A DNA stretch of 43,988 bases from Actinomycetota bacterium (GCA_025963875.1 JAOPZY010000162.1:1-43988), one strand, 5' to 3'. Positions 18,208 through 27,595 are shown, counted from the first letter of the stretch. Notes: generated by a model not told the origin, from the letters alone. Program-made: numbers and translations.

Positions 18208-19314
18208 ATGGCAGTCAAAACCACCTTCGACATCGGCGTCGAGGAGGAGTACTTCCTCATCGATCCCGTGACGCGTGCGCTGTCGCCCGCTGTCGATCGG
18301 GTGCTTCCCCGGGCAAGGGACCTCGCCGGAGACTCGGTAGCGACGGAGATGCAGCAGGTGCAGATCGAGATCGGCACCGACGTCTGCGGGACCCTCCGTG
18401 AGGTGCGAGCGGAGCTGGTCCGGCTCCGGGCCGCCGTGGTGAGCGCCGCGGAGTCTGCGGGCACGGTGATCGCCGCCTCGGGCACGCATCCGTTCTCGGA
18501 CTGGCGGGCCAGCGACCTCACGCAGAAGGAGTCCTACCTCCGCCTCGGCCGCGACTACGGCCAGATCGCCCGGGAACAGCTCGTGTGTGGCTGCCACGTC
18601 CACGTCGGCATGCCCGGGCGGGATGAAACCATCGAGATCCTGAACCGGGCCAAGCCGTGGCTCTCGCCGATCCGGGCCCTTGCCGTCAACTCGCCGTTCT
18701 GGGCCGGTTCCGATACAGGGTACGCCAGCTACCGCAGCGCGGTGTGGCTGCGGTGGCCGATGGCCGGCACGCCGGATGCGTTTGCCTCCTGGGAGGACTA
18801 CGAGGACCTCGTGCGGACCCTCGAGGACACCGGGAGCATCGACGAGCCGGCCCGCATCTACTGGGACATCCGGCCCTCTGCGAAGTTCCAGACGCTGGAA
18901 TTCCGGGTGACCGACGTCTGCATGACGGTGGACGAAACCGTCATGGTGGCCGGGCTCATCCGTGCCCTTGCCCGAGCCTGTCACCTCGATGCCCTCAGGG
19001 GCACGCCGCCGCCGTCCGTCAGGCCGGAGCTGATGCAGGCTGCCACCTGGCGTGCCTCCCGCTACGGCCTCGACGGCGATCTCGTCGACGTCATCGAGCG
19101 GCGGTCCATGCCGGCAGGGAAGATGGTCGCCGCCCTCCTGGACTTCGTCGGCCCGGCCCTCGACGAGTTCGGCGAGCGGGACGAGGTGGCCAGCCTGGTC
19201 GAGGCAACGCTGCGTGACGGCACGGGGGCCGCCCGTCAGCGAAGGTCGTTCGCCCGGGCCGGGCGCCCGGAGGACGTCGTCGACTACCTGGTGGCGCAGA
19301 CCGCCGGCGCGTAG
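18208..19314 (+). CDS. YbdK family carboxylate-amine ligase (glutamate--cysteine ligase 2)
   Basis: IGVEEEYFLID, SGTHPF, GCHVHVG, NSPFW, WDIRPS..TLEFRVTD. Confidence 0.93.
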   Translation: MAVKTTFDIGVEEEYFLIDPVTRALSPAVDRVLPRARDLAGDSVATEMQQVQIEIGTDVCGTLREVRAELVRLRAAVVSAAESAGTVIAASGTHPFSDWRASDLTQKESYLRLGRDYGQIAREQLVCGCHVHVGMPGRDETIEILNRAKPWLSPIRALAVNSPFWAGSDTGYASYRSAVWLRWPMAGTPDAFASWEDYEDLVRTLEDTGSIDEPARIYWDIRPSAKFQTLEFRVTDVCMTVDETVMVAGLIRALARACHLDALRGTPPPSVRPELMQAATWRASRYGLDGDLVDVIERRSMPAGKMVAALLDFVGPALDEFGERDEVASLVEATLRDGTGAARQRRSFARAGRPEDVVDYLVAQTAGA

Positions 19315-19320
19315 ACGTGT

Positions 19321-19369
19321 GAGGTTAGGTAAAAAACTGCTGCTATAGCTGACAAATTTACCTGACCTT
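19321..19369. terminator. AT-rich inverted repeat between convergent genes
   Basis: GAGGTTAGGTAAA / TTTACCTGACCTT arms with a central GCTATAGC. Confidence 0.6.
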
Positions 19370-19372
19370 GCG

Positions 19373-21769
19373 TCACCCAGCCCCCGAGGACTCCAGCACC
19401 AGCACCTCCAATTCCGCGGCCGGAACGGGACGCCCCACGAAGTAGCCCTGCGCCCGGTCGCAGCCGTTGGCACGGAGGAAGGAGAGCTGCTCCACGTTCT
19501 CCACTCCCTCGGCGACCACCTGCAGGTTCAGGCTGTGCGCCATCGCGATGATCGCGAGCACCATGGGGGCCTCGGGCGAGGCGCCGCCGATCGGATCGAT
19601 GAAGGACTTGTCGATCTTCAGCACGTCGATGGGGAAGGTGCCGAGGCGCGCCAGGGTGGAGTGGCCGGTCCCGAAGTCGTCGATGGCCACGCAGACCCCG
19701 TGGTCGCGGAGCTCCTGCAGGACGAGGCGGGTCGCCGGTCCGTCCTGGACCGCCACGCTCTCCGTCACCTCCAGCTCGAGCTGCGAGGCGGGGACCTCGT
19801 GCGCGTCGATCGTCGCGAGGATGCTGGCGGCCAGCCCGTGGGCGCCGAGCTCGGCGCCGGAGAGGTTGATGGCGATGCGCAGGGCCGGGAAGCCGGCGCT
19901 CCGCCAGGCCTGGGCCTTTTCACACGCCGTGCGCAGCACCCACCGGTCGATGAGCCGGATGAGCCCGAGGTCCTCGGCAAGGGGGATGAACCGGCCGGGG
20001 GTCAGGAGCCCCTGCGTGGGGTGCTGCCACCGCACGAGCGCCTCGGCACCGACCACCACCCCCGTGGTCAGGTCGATCTGCGGTTGGTACATCAGCCGGA
20101 ACTCGTCCCCCTCGAGCGCGGCCCGCAGGTCCGCCTCCAGGCTCACCCTTGCATCGGTGAGGGCGCTCATGCTCGTGGTGTAGAGGCGCCAGGTCCCGCG
20201 GCCGCGGATCTTCGCCTCGTAGAGGGCCAGGTCGCTCTTCTGGAGCAGGCTGCCGTACTGCGTTGCGTGGTCCGGGTACAGGGCGATGCCCACGCTGGCG
20301 GTGCAGAACACCCGCTGGCCGGCCACGTGGAAGGGTTCGCGGAAGGCATCGACGAGCTTCTGGCCCACCCCGGCCGCGTCGTCCGGCGAACGGACGGTCG
20401 GCAGGAGGAGCACGAACTCGTCGCCGCTCATGCGGGCGACGGTGTCGCTGGCCCGGGTCGCTTGACTGAGGCGCAGGGCGGCGGCCTTGAGTACCTCGTT
20501 GCCGGCGGCGTGGCCCAGGCTGTCGTTGATGCGCTTGAACGTGTCGAGGTCCAGGTAGGCGATGGCTGCCCGCGAGCCGATGCGCCCCGCCTGGGAGATG
20601 GTATGCGTCACCCGGTCCTCGAAGAGGACCTGGTTGGGGAGCCCGGTCAGCGCGTCGAACAGGGTCTGGCGCTTGATCTCCTCGAACAGGCGGACCTTCT
20701 CGACGGTGGTCGCCGCCACCTCGGCGAGGGTCCCCGCCAGCTGGCGGTCCCGGTCCGTCCAAGCACGCTGGCCGCGCGCCCGGACGACGTCGAGGACGAC
20801 GTCCGGGCCGACGCTGGTGCGCAGAGCGCCGCCGGCGGCGACGGTCGTCGGATGGCCGAGGGCTGCGGTCTGGGCCTCGAGGAGGTGGACCGAGGCGCTC
20901 CGGAACCGCTCGAGGATGTCGGCGACGTCGTTGCCCGACCGCACGGAGGTCGAGGCCGCGAACAGATCCTCGGCCCGGCGCCGTTCCCGCCGCTGACCCG
21001 AGGCACTGGAGTACCCGGCCTGCAGGGCGACGATCGGCGCCACGGTGATGAGCACCGCCCACGCCGAGCGCGTGACGGCCAGGAACACCATGATCCCGAA
21101 GGAGATCGAGCCTCCCCACGTCGCCGCCCGGAGCCCCGCCCCCCTGAAGAGGGCGAGCCGCAGCGGTTGCCGCCGGACCAGGGCGATGATGCCGGCGACG
21201 GCGAGCGACGAGGCGACCGCATAAGCGAGCCCGCCGGCCGCGGCTGCGGCGATGGTCCGCGGCGATCCGCCGGGCGCGCCGGCGCGCACCGCTTGGAACA
21301 CCACCAGGCCCACCGCGGCGGACACCAGGGCCTGGCCAACGTTGAACACGGCCTTGAGCGGCGGTGACCGCTTGAACACCTGGCCCGCGGCGATGCTGAC
21401 CCCGAGCGCCAGGATGGTCTCGAAGGGGGTGAGCAGCATGGCCATCGGAACGAAGAAGGCCTCGTCGAGGGCCAGGTCCTCGCCCTCGTCGTCGTGCGCG
21501 AGCCGGACCGGGATGATCTGCAGAATCGCCAGCTCCACGCAGAAGAACGCGAAAAGCTCGACTCGGTGCCAGAGCCCGGAGCGGGCGAGGGCGGCGCTGG
21601 CGCCGAGCGCGAGGGCACCCGCAGTCGCGGCCGTCAGGCATCCGAGGGTGACGCGTTCGCGCCACCAGGGGGCGGGGCGTTGGGGGCGACCGGGGCCGTG
21701 CCGGGTCGCATGCCCGTCGATTCGCTGCCCGCCGCTTTGTCTGTTGCCGTTTCGCCCGTTGCGGCTCAT
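19373..21769 (-). CDS. Membrane-bound GGDEF-EAL bifunctional diguanylate cyclase/phosphodiesterase
   Basis: Multi-TM N-terminus, degenerate GAF-like linker, DALTGLPN, RASD I-site, SGDEF, EALVRW, DDFGTG, AEGVE, QGY. Confidence 0.93.
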   Translation of the reverse strand: MSRNGRNGNRQSGGQRIDGHATRHGPGRPQRPAPWWRERVTLGCLTAATAGALALGASAALARSGLWHRVELFAFFCVELAILQIIPVRLAHDDEGEDLALDEAFFVPMAMLLTPFETILALGVSIAAGQVFKRSPPLKAVFNVGQALVSAAVGLVVFQAVRAGAPGGSPRTIAAAAAGGLAYAVASSLAVAGIIALVRRQPLRLALFRGAGLRAATWGGSISFGIMVFLAVTRSAWAVLITVAPIVALQAGYSSASGQRRERRRAEDLFAASTSVRSGNDVADILERFRSASVHLLEAQTAALGHPTTVAAGGALRTSVGPDVVLDVVRARGQRAWTDRDRQLAGTLAEVAATTVEKVRLFEEIKRQTLFDALTGLPNQVLFEDRVTHTISQAGRIGSRAAIAYLDLDTFKRINDSLGHAAGNEVLKAAALRLSQATRASDTVARMSGDEFVLLLPTVRSPDDAAGVGQKLVDAFREPFHVAGQRVFCTASVGIALYPDHATQYGSLLQKSDLALYEAKIRGRGTWRLYTTSMSALTDARVSLEADLRAALEGDEFRLMYQPQIDLTTGVVVGAEALVRWQHPTQGLLTPGRFIPLAEDLGLIRLIDRWVLRTACEKAQAWRSAGFPALRIAINLSGAELGAHGLAASILATIDAHEVPASQLELEVTESVAVQDGPATRLVLQELRDHGVCVAIDDFGTGHSTLARLGTFPIDVLKIDKSFIDPIGGASPEAPMVLAIIAMAHSLNLQVVAEGVENVEQLSFLRANGCDRAQGYFVGRPVPAAELEVLVLESSGAG

Positions 21770-21860
21770 GCTCCCGTCCCTGCTTCAGGGTCGGCTTCCA
21801 GCCGTGGGAGCTGGGGTTCGATGGGGCTCCGCCGCCTCGGTTACCGCAGCCGGCGGGCTG

Positions 21861-22001
21861 CTAGCGCCATGTGCTCCCCAGCGGCCGAGCGGTCGTGGCT
21901 CCGACGCCCTGCGATGCAAACTTCGCAACCCCTCCAGCCATCGTAAACGCAAAAACGCTGACAACGGTTATTCCCAGCGCCAACCGGCGGAACAGTGCCA
22001 T
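21861..22001 (-). CDS. Unannotated 46-aa putative secreted peptide MALFRRLALGITVVSVFAFTMAGGVAKFASQGVGATTARPLGSTWR
   Basis: GAGAGGGTG RBS shortly before the ATG; basic N-terminus plus hydrophobic stretch; lies between the riboswitch and the GGDEF-EAL gene. Below the size cutoff of the ORF track. Confidence 0.65.
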   Translation of the reverse strand: MALFRRLALGITVVSVFAFTMAGGVAKFASQGVGATTARPLGSTWR

Positions 22002-22044
22002 ACGAATCACCCTCTCGTGTCGGGCGTCTCGCAGGCGAGGTATT

Positions 22045-22136
22045 TGCCGATTCGGTAGCTGGCTGCCCGGGATCGCTCCTTGGGGCCCTCTAGCGTTGCG
22101 TCACCGGGTTTCCCCGGTTTTGCCTTTGTCGTCGGC
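22045..22136 (-). ncRNA. Cyclic di-GMP-I (GEMM-I) riboswitch
   Basis: Minus strand reads AAAGGCAAA-ACCGGG-GAAA-CCCGGT-GACGCAAC-GCTAGAGGG..GGA-GCGA-TCC..AGCCAGC-TACCGAA, with flanking GCCGA/TCGGC pairing. Confidence 0.88.
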
Positions 22137-22294
22137 GAAACGCTTTGTGTGGCTGCTCAATAGATCGACCCCCCAGGGGTAGAAGTTGAGGCAAAGCATC
22201 CGTTTGCATGTGGCTCCCCATGTGTCCCCTTATGTATCCCCCGGAACGGCCACCATCCAAGCCCGGCGCGTACCCGCTGGGTATCGTTGCGGGA

Positions 22295-23452
22295 GTGAAC
22301 ATCGATTTCCACGCATCCGAGCGATCCAGCCTGGGGATCGAGATGGAGTTGGAGATCATCGACCGCGCGAGCCGCCAGCTGACCAGTGCCGCCTCCGAGA
22401 TCCTCGCCGCCATGGCCGACAGCCGCGGGGGCGAGGACCCTCGCAAGGCCAAACACGAGCTGATGGAGAACACGATCGAAATCAACACCGATGTCTGCGC
22501 GACGGTGGCAGAGGCAAGGGCGGACCTCCAGGCGAGTATTGCTGACATCACCACGCACACCGAGCCGCGCGGCCTCGCGCTCATGTGCTCGGGCACCCAT
22601 CCGTTCTCCCACTGGGTGCACCAGAAGATCACCCCCAACCCACGCTACGAGCGGCTCGTCGAGCAGATGCAGTGGCCGGCCCGCCAGCTCCTGATCTTCG
22701 GTATCCACGTGCACGTGGGAGTGCGTTCCGCTGAGAAAGCCATCGCCATCTCCAATGCCCTGACCGCATACATCCCGCACTTCCTCGCTCTGTCCGCCTC
22801 AAGCCCGTTCTGGCTGGGTCAGGACACGGGCCTTGCATCGAGCCGCTCGAAGATCTTCGAGCATCTCCCGACCGCCGGGATCCCCTACCAGCTCAGCGGC
22901 TGGAGCGAGTTCGAGGAGTTCATGACCACCCTGGTGGCGGCCCGCTCCATCGAGACCATCCGCGAGGTGTGGTGGGATGTGCGGCCCCACCCGGACTTCG
23001 GTACCGTGGAGCTGCGGATCTGCGACGGCTTGCCGACGCTGAGCGAGGTGGCTGCCATCGGGGCACTCAGCCAGTGCCTCGTCGAGTGGATGGACAACCT
23101 GTGCGACCGCGGCTTCGCCCTTCCCCACCCCCGGCAGTGGATCATCCGCGAGAACAAATGGCGCGCCGCGCGCTACGGCGTCGACGCGCAGATCATCGTG
23201 GACGAGGGCGGCGGGCTCGTGCCCGTCCGGCGGGCCGTCGAGGACCTTGTCGAGGAGCTCGGTCCGATCGCCTCGCGGCTGGCGTGCGTGGACGAGCTGC
23301 ACTTCGTCCTGGACATCCTCAAGACCGGGCCCTCGTACGTGCGGCAGCGGGCGATGGCGAACGAAACCGGCAACCTGCAGGGCGTCGTGGACGCCCTCGT
23401 CACGGAACTCGAGACCGACACCCCGCTCCTCGGCGGCGGGCTCGATCCCTGA
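22295..23452 (+). CDS. YbdK family glutamate--cysteine ligase (second paralog)
   Basis: SLGIEMEL, SGTHPF, FGIHVHVG, SSPFW, WWDVRPHPDFGTVELRICD; probable GTG start 7 nt after TATCGT. Confidence 0.93.
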   Translation: MNIDFHASERSSLGIEMELEIIDRASRQLTSAASEILAAMADSRGGEDPRKAKHELMENTIEINTDVCATVAEARADLQASIADITTHTEPRGLALMCSGTHPFSHWVHQKITPNPRYERLVEQMQWPARQLLIFGIHVHVGVRSAEKAIAISNALTAYIPHFLALSASSPFWLGQDTGLASSRSKIFEHLPTAGIPYQLSGWSEFEEFMTTLVAARSIETIREVWWDVRPHPDFGTVELRICDGLPTLSEVAAIGALSQCLVEWMDNLCDRGFALPHPRQWIIRENKWRAARYGVDAQIIVDEGGGLVPVRRAVEDLVEELGPIASRLACVDELHFVLDILKTGPSYVRQRAMANETGNLQGVVDALVTELETDTPLLGGGLDP

Positions 23453-23571
23453 GCCCGTTTTTGCTCATTCCCATCATTTCCGACAGGAACCTACGTGTCT
23501 GCGGGATGCCAGGGGCAAACCGACCCGCGACCCTGGTCAGACGAGCCTTTCGATGAGGCCCCTACCAGGAC

Positions 23572-24330
23572 GTGCCAGTGGCGAAGTCGAATCCGACCGA
23601 CGTGCCGGCCATGGCAGCCAAGGCCGCCAAGGCCAAACATGAGATCCGCAAGGCCCGGGCAGCGGCGCATGCCGCAGCGCGGGACCTCCGGCGCGCGGTC
23701 GTCTCCGGCATCGGCGCCCTTGCCTCGATTGCCGTGGGCTCGGCCTTCGGCGACATTCACGGCCACGGGCTCCGCCCCAGGCTCATGGCGCTCGGGGCGG
23801 CCGCCGTCTTCCTGCTCCTGGCGCAGTTCTCCATCCGCTACGCCGCCAGCGGGCTCGGCAAGGTCGTGGCCGCGACCGGCGGCAAGGCGGCGGGCGTGGC
23901 GCTGCGCCTCGTCACGCTGGTGGTCGGGTACCTCTTCATCGCGCTGATCCTGCTCGGGATGCTGGATGTCCCCGTCGGGCACCTGTTGTTGGGGGGCGCC
24001 GTGACCGGCGTCATCGTCGGGATCGCCGCGCAGCAGAGCCTGGGCAACGTGTTCGCCGGGATGGTGCTCCTCATGACGCGGGTCTTCCGGGTGGGCGACC
24101 GTGTGCGGATGCGTTCCGGCCCCCTGAGCGGCGAGATCAACGGCGTCATCACGGGCATGGGGCTCTCGTACGTCGTGGTGGAAACCGAGGATGGAAGGCT
24201 GCATGTGCCCAACAGCACGGTCCTCTCGGCTGCGGTCGGACCGCAACTGGCGCCCAAACGGGAGCCCAGCCCCTCCGAGCAGCACCACGCGAGCACGACC
24301 CAAACCTCTGCTGCGGTGAAAAATCCTTAA
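23572..24330 (+). CDS. Small-conductance mechanosensitive channel (MscS family)
   Basis: GIAAQQSLGNVFAG..FRVGDRV..G...MGLSY...VPNS. Confidence 0.88.
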   Translation: MPVAKSNPTDVPAMAAKAAKAKHEIRKARAAAHAAARDLRRAVVSGIGALASIAVGSAFGDIHGHGLRPRLMALGAAAVFLLLAQFSIRYAASGLGKVVAATGGKAAGVALRLVTLVVGYLFIALILLGMLDVPVGHLLLGGAVTGVIVGIAAQQSLGNVFAGMVLLMTRVFRVGDRVRMRSGPLSGEINGVITGMGLSYVVVETEDGRLHVPNSTVLSAAVGPQLAPKREPSPSEQHHASTTQTSAAVKNP

Positions 24331-24393
24331 GGTTTTCCTACCCGTGTCCGGTGGAATCCCTCCTGTAGTGCGGAACCGGGAAAGGAGTCGGCA

Positions 24394-24624
24394 ATGGGCC
24401 TCGGTACGAGCCTTGTCCTGATAGCAATTGGGGCCATCCTGGAATTTGCCATCAGGGTGAGCACGCCGGGATTCAACATCCATACGGTCGGCATCGTCCT
24501 CATGGTCGTGGGTGTCCTCGGGCTGCTGGTGTCCCTGGTGTTCTGGAACACCTGGGGCGGATTCGGCAACGGCGCCGCCAGAACTGGTACCCGGCGGCGG
24601 GTGGTGGAGGAAGACCTCCCCTAG
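24394..24624 (+). CDS. Small two-TM membrane protein (DUF6458-like)
   Basis: MGLGTSLVLIAIGAIL..A....GFNIHTVGIVLMVVG; AAGGAG RBS. Confidence 0.85.
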   Translation: MGLGTSLVLIAIGAILEFAIRVSTPGFNIHTVGIVLMVVGVLGLLVSLVFWNTWGGFGNGAARTGTRRRVVEEDLP

Positions 24625-24643
24625 GGAGCCCGGCCCCTGGTCC

Positions 24644-24691
24644 GAAGTTGGGAGCGAATTGCGCGTATGCGCGCTCTAGGCTCCCAACCTC
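24644..24691. repeat. REP-like imperfect palindrome
   Basis: GAAGTTGGGAGC..GCGCGTATGCGCGC..GCTCCCAACCTC. Confidence 0.65.
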
Positions 24692-24781
24692 CTCCTCCGC
24701 CCCCGGGTGGCGCGGGGCTCCCGAGAAGCCATACCCCCGGCTCGCCATTTGCGACGGCCTCCGATGAGCGCGAAGAACTCC

Positions 24782-25810
24782 TCACTTCTGGGCGAGCCGG
24801 CGCCTCCCCCGGATCATCCATCCCGCGGCAGCGCCGGCGAGCAGGATCGCCACTGCGGCGAGGCCGAGCGCGGCGGCGGTGCCGAGGGGACGGGCGCGCT
24901 GCACATCCACAAGGGTGCTGAGCGTCGCCCCACACTGCGCCACGACGGGGTACCTCCCGGCACGCAGCGACGAGGGCACGTGGAAGCTCAACTGGAATGC
25001 CCCGTCGGACCCCGCGGTCGTGGTGCCGGTGACGGATCCCGGCAGGGCAACCGTGGCCGCGGCGTCGGGTGTGCAGCCGGTGCCCGAGACCCGCAGCGTC
25101 TGGCCCGCCTTGAGGACGGGATGGTCGAGCACGAGGCCGGGGGCCACACCTCCGGCGGCCACCGCCGGCGAAGGGGCGGAAAGGCTCGGGGTGGGCGTCG
25201 CCGGCTGGGTGCCGGACGGGCTCGTTGCGGTCGGGACCGCCGTCCGGAGCGCGCTGCGTGACGGGGTGGGGGCCACCCGCGGCGCCTGTGACGTGGGGGC
25301 CGGGGCGGTCGGCATCGGGGAGGTGAAGGGTACGGTCTCGACCGGGACCGGGCCCCCGGTCACGACGACGGTCCAGCTCTTGGTCTCGATGGGTTGGGCA
25401 TTGCGGATGTCCGGCCCCATCGAGCAGCCGGGGGTTGGGCAGATCTGGAACACGATCGTGTACGTGCCGGCGGGTGTCGCCGGGATGGTCCGGACGGTCA
25501 TGGAGGACGACCACCCTGTCTGGGCACCGCAGGGGACGGAGAAGGAGACGGAGAGGTAGATCGATGTGCCGCTGGCTGCCTCCACGCAGCCCAGATCGCC
25601 GGCGGGGACCGGCAGGTTGCTGAGGGTGCCCGTCGCCAAGTCACCGGCCTGGATGGTGAGTGAGGCCGGGGAGACATCGAAGGCAGGGAGGGCCCCGGGA
25701 GCGGCGGGCGAAAGGCCGGCGGCGAGGCCACAGAACAGGGCCGACGTGAGCAGAACCAGCGCCGCTCCGCGGCGTGCCACCCTGTTCAGCCGAGCCCTCC
25801 CAAGCTGCAT
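24782..25810 (-). CDS. Exported protein with beta-rich domains, Pro/Thr linker and C-terminal membrane anchor
   Basis: Signal-like N-terminus, TPAGTYTI motif, paired Cys residues, C-terminal TM helix followed by RGRRR. Confidence 0.75.
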   Translation of the reverse strand: MQLGRARLNRVARRGAALVLLTSALFCGLAAGLSPAAPGALPAFDVSPASLTIQAGDLATGTLSNLPVPAGDLGCVEAASGTSIYLSVSFSVPCGAQTGWSSSMTVRTIPATPAGTYTIVFQICPTPGCSMGPDIRNAQPIETKSWTVVVTGGPVPVETVPFTSPMPTAPAPTSQAPRVAPTPSRSALRTAVPTATSPSGTQPATPTPSLSAPSPAVAAGGVAPGLVLDHPVLKAGQTLRVSGTGCTPDAAATVALPGSVTGTTTAGSDGAFQLSFHVPSSLRAGRYPVVAQCGATLSTLVDVQRARPLGTAAALGLAAVAILLAGAAAGWMIRGRRRLAQK

Positions 25811-26169
25811 CCGGCGTAACTATGGGCCGTTGGAACGGCGGTTTACAAGGGGCCGGCAGCTGTGGGCTTTGCCAAGGGGCTGGACGGACAGACCCTGCTA
25901 ACTAGTCAAAACCTCCTACTCCTGATAGCCTGACCCCGGCTGTGACCCAGCGGTGGTACACACGGTTCTCTGCCCGGAAGAACCAAGTGAGCCTTGTGGG
26001 TGAAATGTCCAATTAGGGATTCTCAACATTATTACGCTTCGTAGATGCCGAACATGACTCGCCATAATTAAGATTCCTTTAGAAAGGGTCATTTTGGTCA
26101 TCGGGAGGGTAGTTCTAATTAGTATGGTGGTTGGCCTACGTAACACGAACTAGAGGGGGGACCGTAGAG

Positions 26170-26544
26170 ATGAATGTACGTACCTGGGCCGTCGGCGCAC
26201 TCGTTGGCGGCATGCTCATTGTTGTGCCCGGAGCGGCCTTTGCGAACAGTGCCAACGGCGGCGTCGGCCTCGGCGGCATTCTCGGCGGCGACGGCAAGGG
26301 CGCCCTGCTCGGCAACGGCTGCAACGACGGTGAGCTCGTGAGCGTCGCCGGTGGCGCCGGCCTCATTGGGATCAACCTGGGCGGCCTTGACGGCCTGAGC
26401 CTGAGCCCCACCCTCGGCCACGACGACGGCCAACTGCTCGGTATCGGCGGACAGAACGGGGATGACGCAGGCAACGCCCTGATCACCACGGGTGAGGCCG
26501 ACCTGGGCAATGGCCTCATCGGGATTGCGCTCTCCAACTGCTAG
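26170..26544 (+). CDS. Small secreted Gly/Leu/Asn-rich protein with two Cys
   Basis: GAGGGGGG RBS; signal peptide ending AAFA; repeats DGELVSVAGG/DGQLLGIGG and GLIGIN/GLIGIA; terminal Cys. Confidence 0.8.
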   Translation: MNVRTWAVGALVGGMLIVVPGAAFANSANGGVGLGGILGGDGKGALLGNGCNDGELVSVAGGAGLIGINLGGLDGLSLSPTLGHDDGQLLGIGGQNGDDAGNALITTGEADLGNGLIGIALSNC

Positions 26545-26694
26545 AACCGGGGCAGCCTGAGAAGTAATCAAACAGGCGTTCCGCTTCATAGATCCGCAGA
26601 CTTGCACCGGCCTCAGCCCGGGAATGAGTGAATTCCCGGGCCGAGGCGGTGACTCGCCGCGGCGCAACCGCACACCGTCGGGGGGTGGACGAGG

Positions 26695-27483
26695 ATGAGG
26701 CAGACGACGTGGGTCACGGCCTTGCTCCTCGTTCTCGCCCTCTCCCTCAGCGCCTGCAGCGCAACCCCCCAAAAGGAAGGTGCCGCCGCCAGTTCCGGCT
26801 CACCAGGGACCGCCGGGTCCCCAGGGGCCCCGGCCGCGGGGACCGGCACCGGACCAGCGGCGGCCGCTGCAACGAAGGCCCCGGGATCCTCCGGCACCTC
26901 GGGAGCCAAGCCGGCTGCCCACCCGGGCACCACCACCACGACCGCCGGCAGCGAGGCCGCTCGACCCGGATCGGCGCCCGGGCCCGCCTCCACGTCCGGG
27001 AGCGTCACCGGGGCCCCGGATCCCTCGACCGATACCGGTTCGTCCGATGGTTCGGATCCCTCTGTCACGATCGGAGGCTTCACCTCGAATTCCGGGGGTG
27101 CGACGCCGACGCCGGCTCCGACGTGCGATCCAACGGTTCAGCCCGTGCAGCAGGTCGGGATCACGGACGTGCAGATGGCCAGGGTGGATTCCTCTGGGAC
27201 AATCCACCTCACGAACAGCTTCTCATCGGCCACCGACCGCAAGATCATGGCCATTCTGGCGCTGAACGACAAGGTGGCGGTAGCGGGGACGCTCATCACC
27301 TTCGTTCGCATCCTCGGATGCACGTACACCCCCTCCCAGACCTACACGCTGACGAAACCCCTCACGCACTTCGAGGTGCAGTTCGACGCGACGGCGGGCA
27401 AACCGTTCGCCCTCGGTCACTACCGGCTCCGGTTCTACGTGAATAAGCAGGCCGGCTGGGACATCGCGTACGACGTCCACTGA
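26695..27483 (+). CDS. Lipoprotein with low-complexity linker and C-terminal beta-sandwich-like domain
   Basis: Lipobox LSAC; Gly/Ser/Pro/Thr linker; GHYRLRFYVN. Confidence 0.8.
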   Translation: MRQTTWVTALLLVLALSLSACSATPQKEGAAASSGSPGTAGSPGAPAAGTGTGPAAAAATKAPGSSGTSGAKPAAHPGTTTTTAGSEAARPGSAPGPASTSGSVTGAPDPSTDTGSSDGSDPSVTIGGFTSNSGGATPTPAPTCDPTVQPVQQVGITDVQMARVDSSGTIHLTNSFSSATDRKIMAILALNDKVAVAGTLITFVRILGCTYTPSQTYTLTKPLTHFEVQFDATAGKPFALGHYRLRFYVNKQAGWDIAYDVH

Positions 27484-27595
27484 ACTGCCGGAACTCCTCC
27501 CCGGTGGCGACCAGCGGAAAGCAGCGGGAATGATTGAGACGCGGTGATAAGTTGTACGGGCGTTCGTTCACCGGTTGGCACGAGGGGGAGGCGGG

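Noticed and set aside
23513..23555. GGGCAAACC..GCGA..GACG resembling a second GEMM riboswitch
   Set aside because: Poor P2 pairing, no GACGCAA motif and no P3 or TACCG 3' element.
24782..24900. Sortase sorting signal
   Set aside because: A TM helix and basic tail are present but there is no LPXTG/LAXTG motif.
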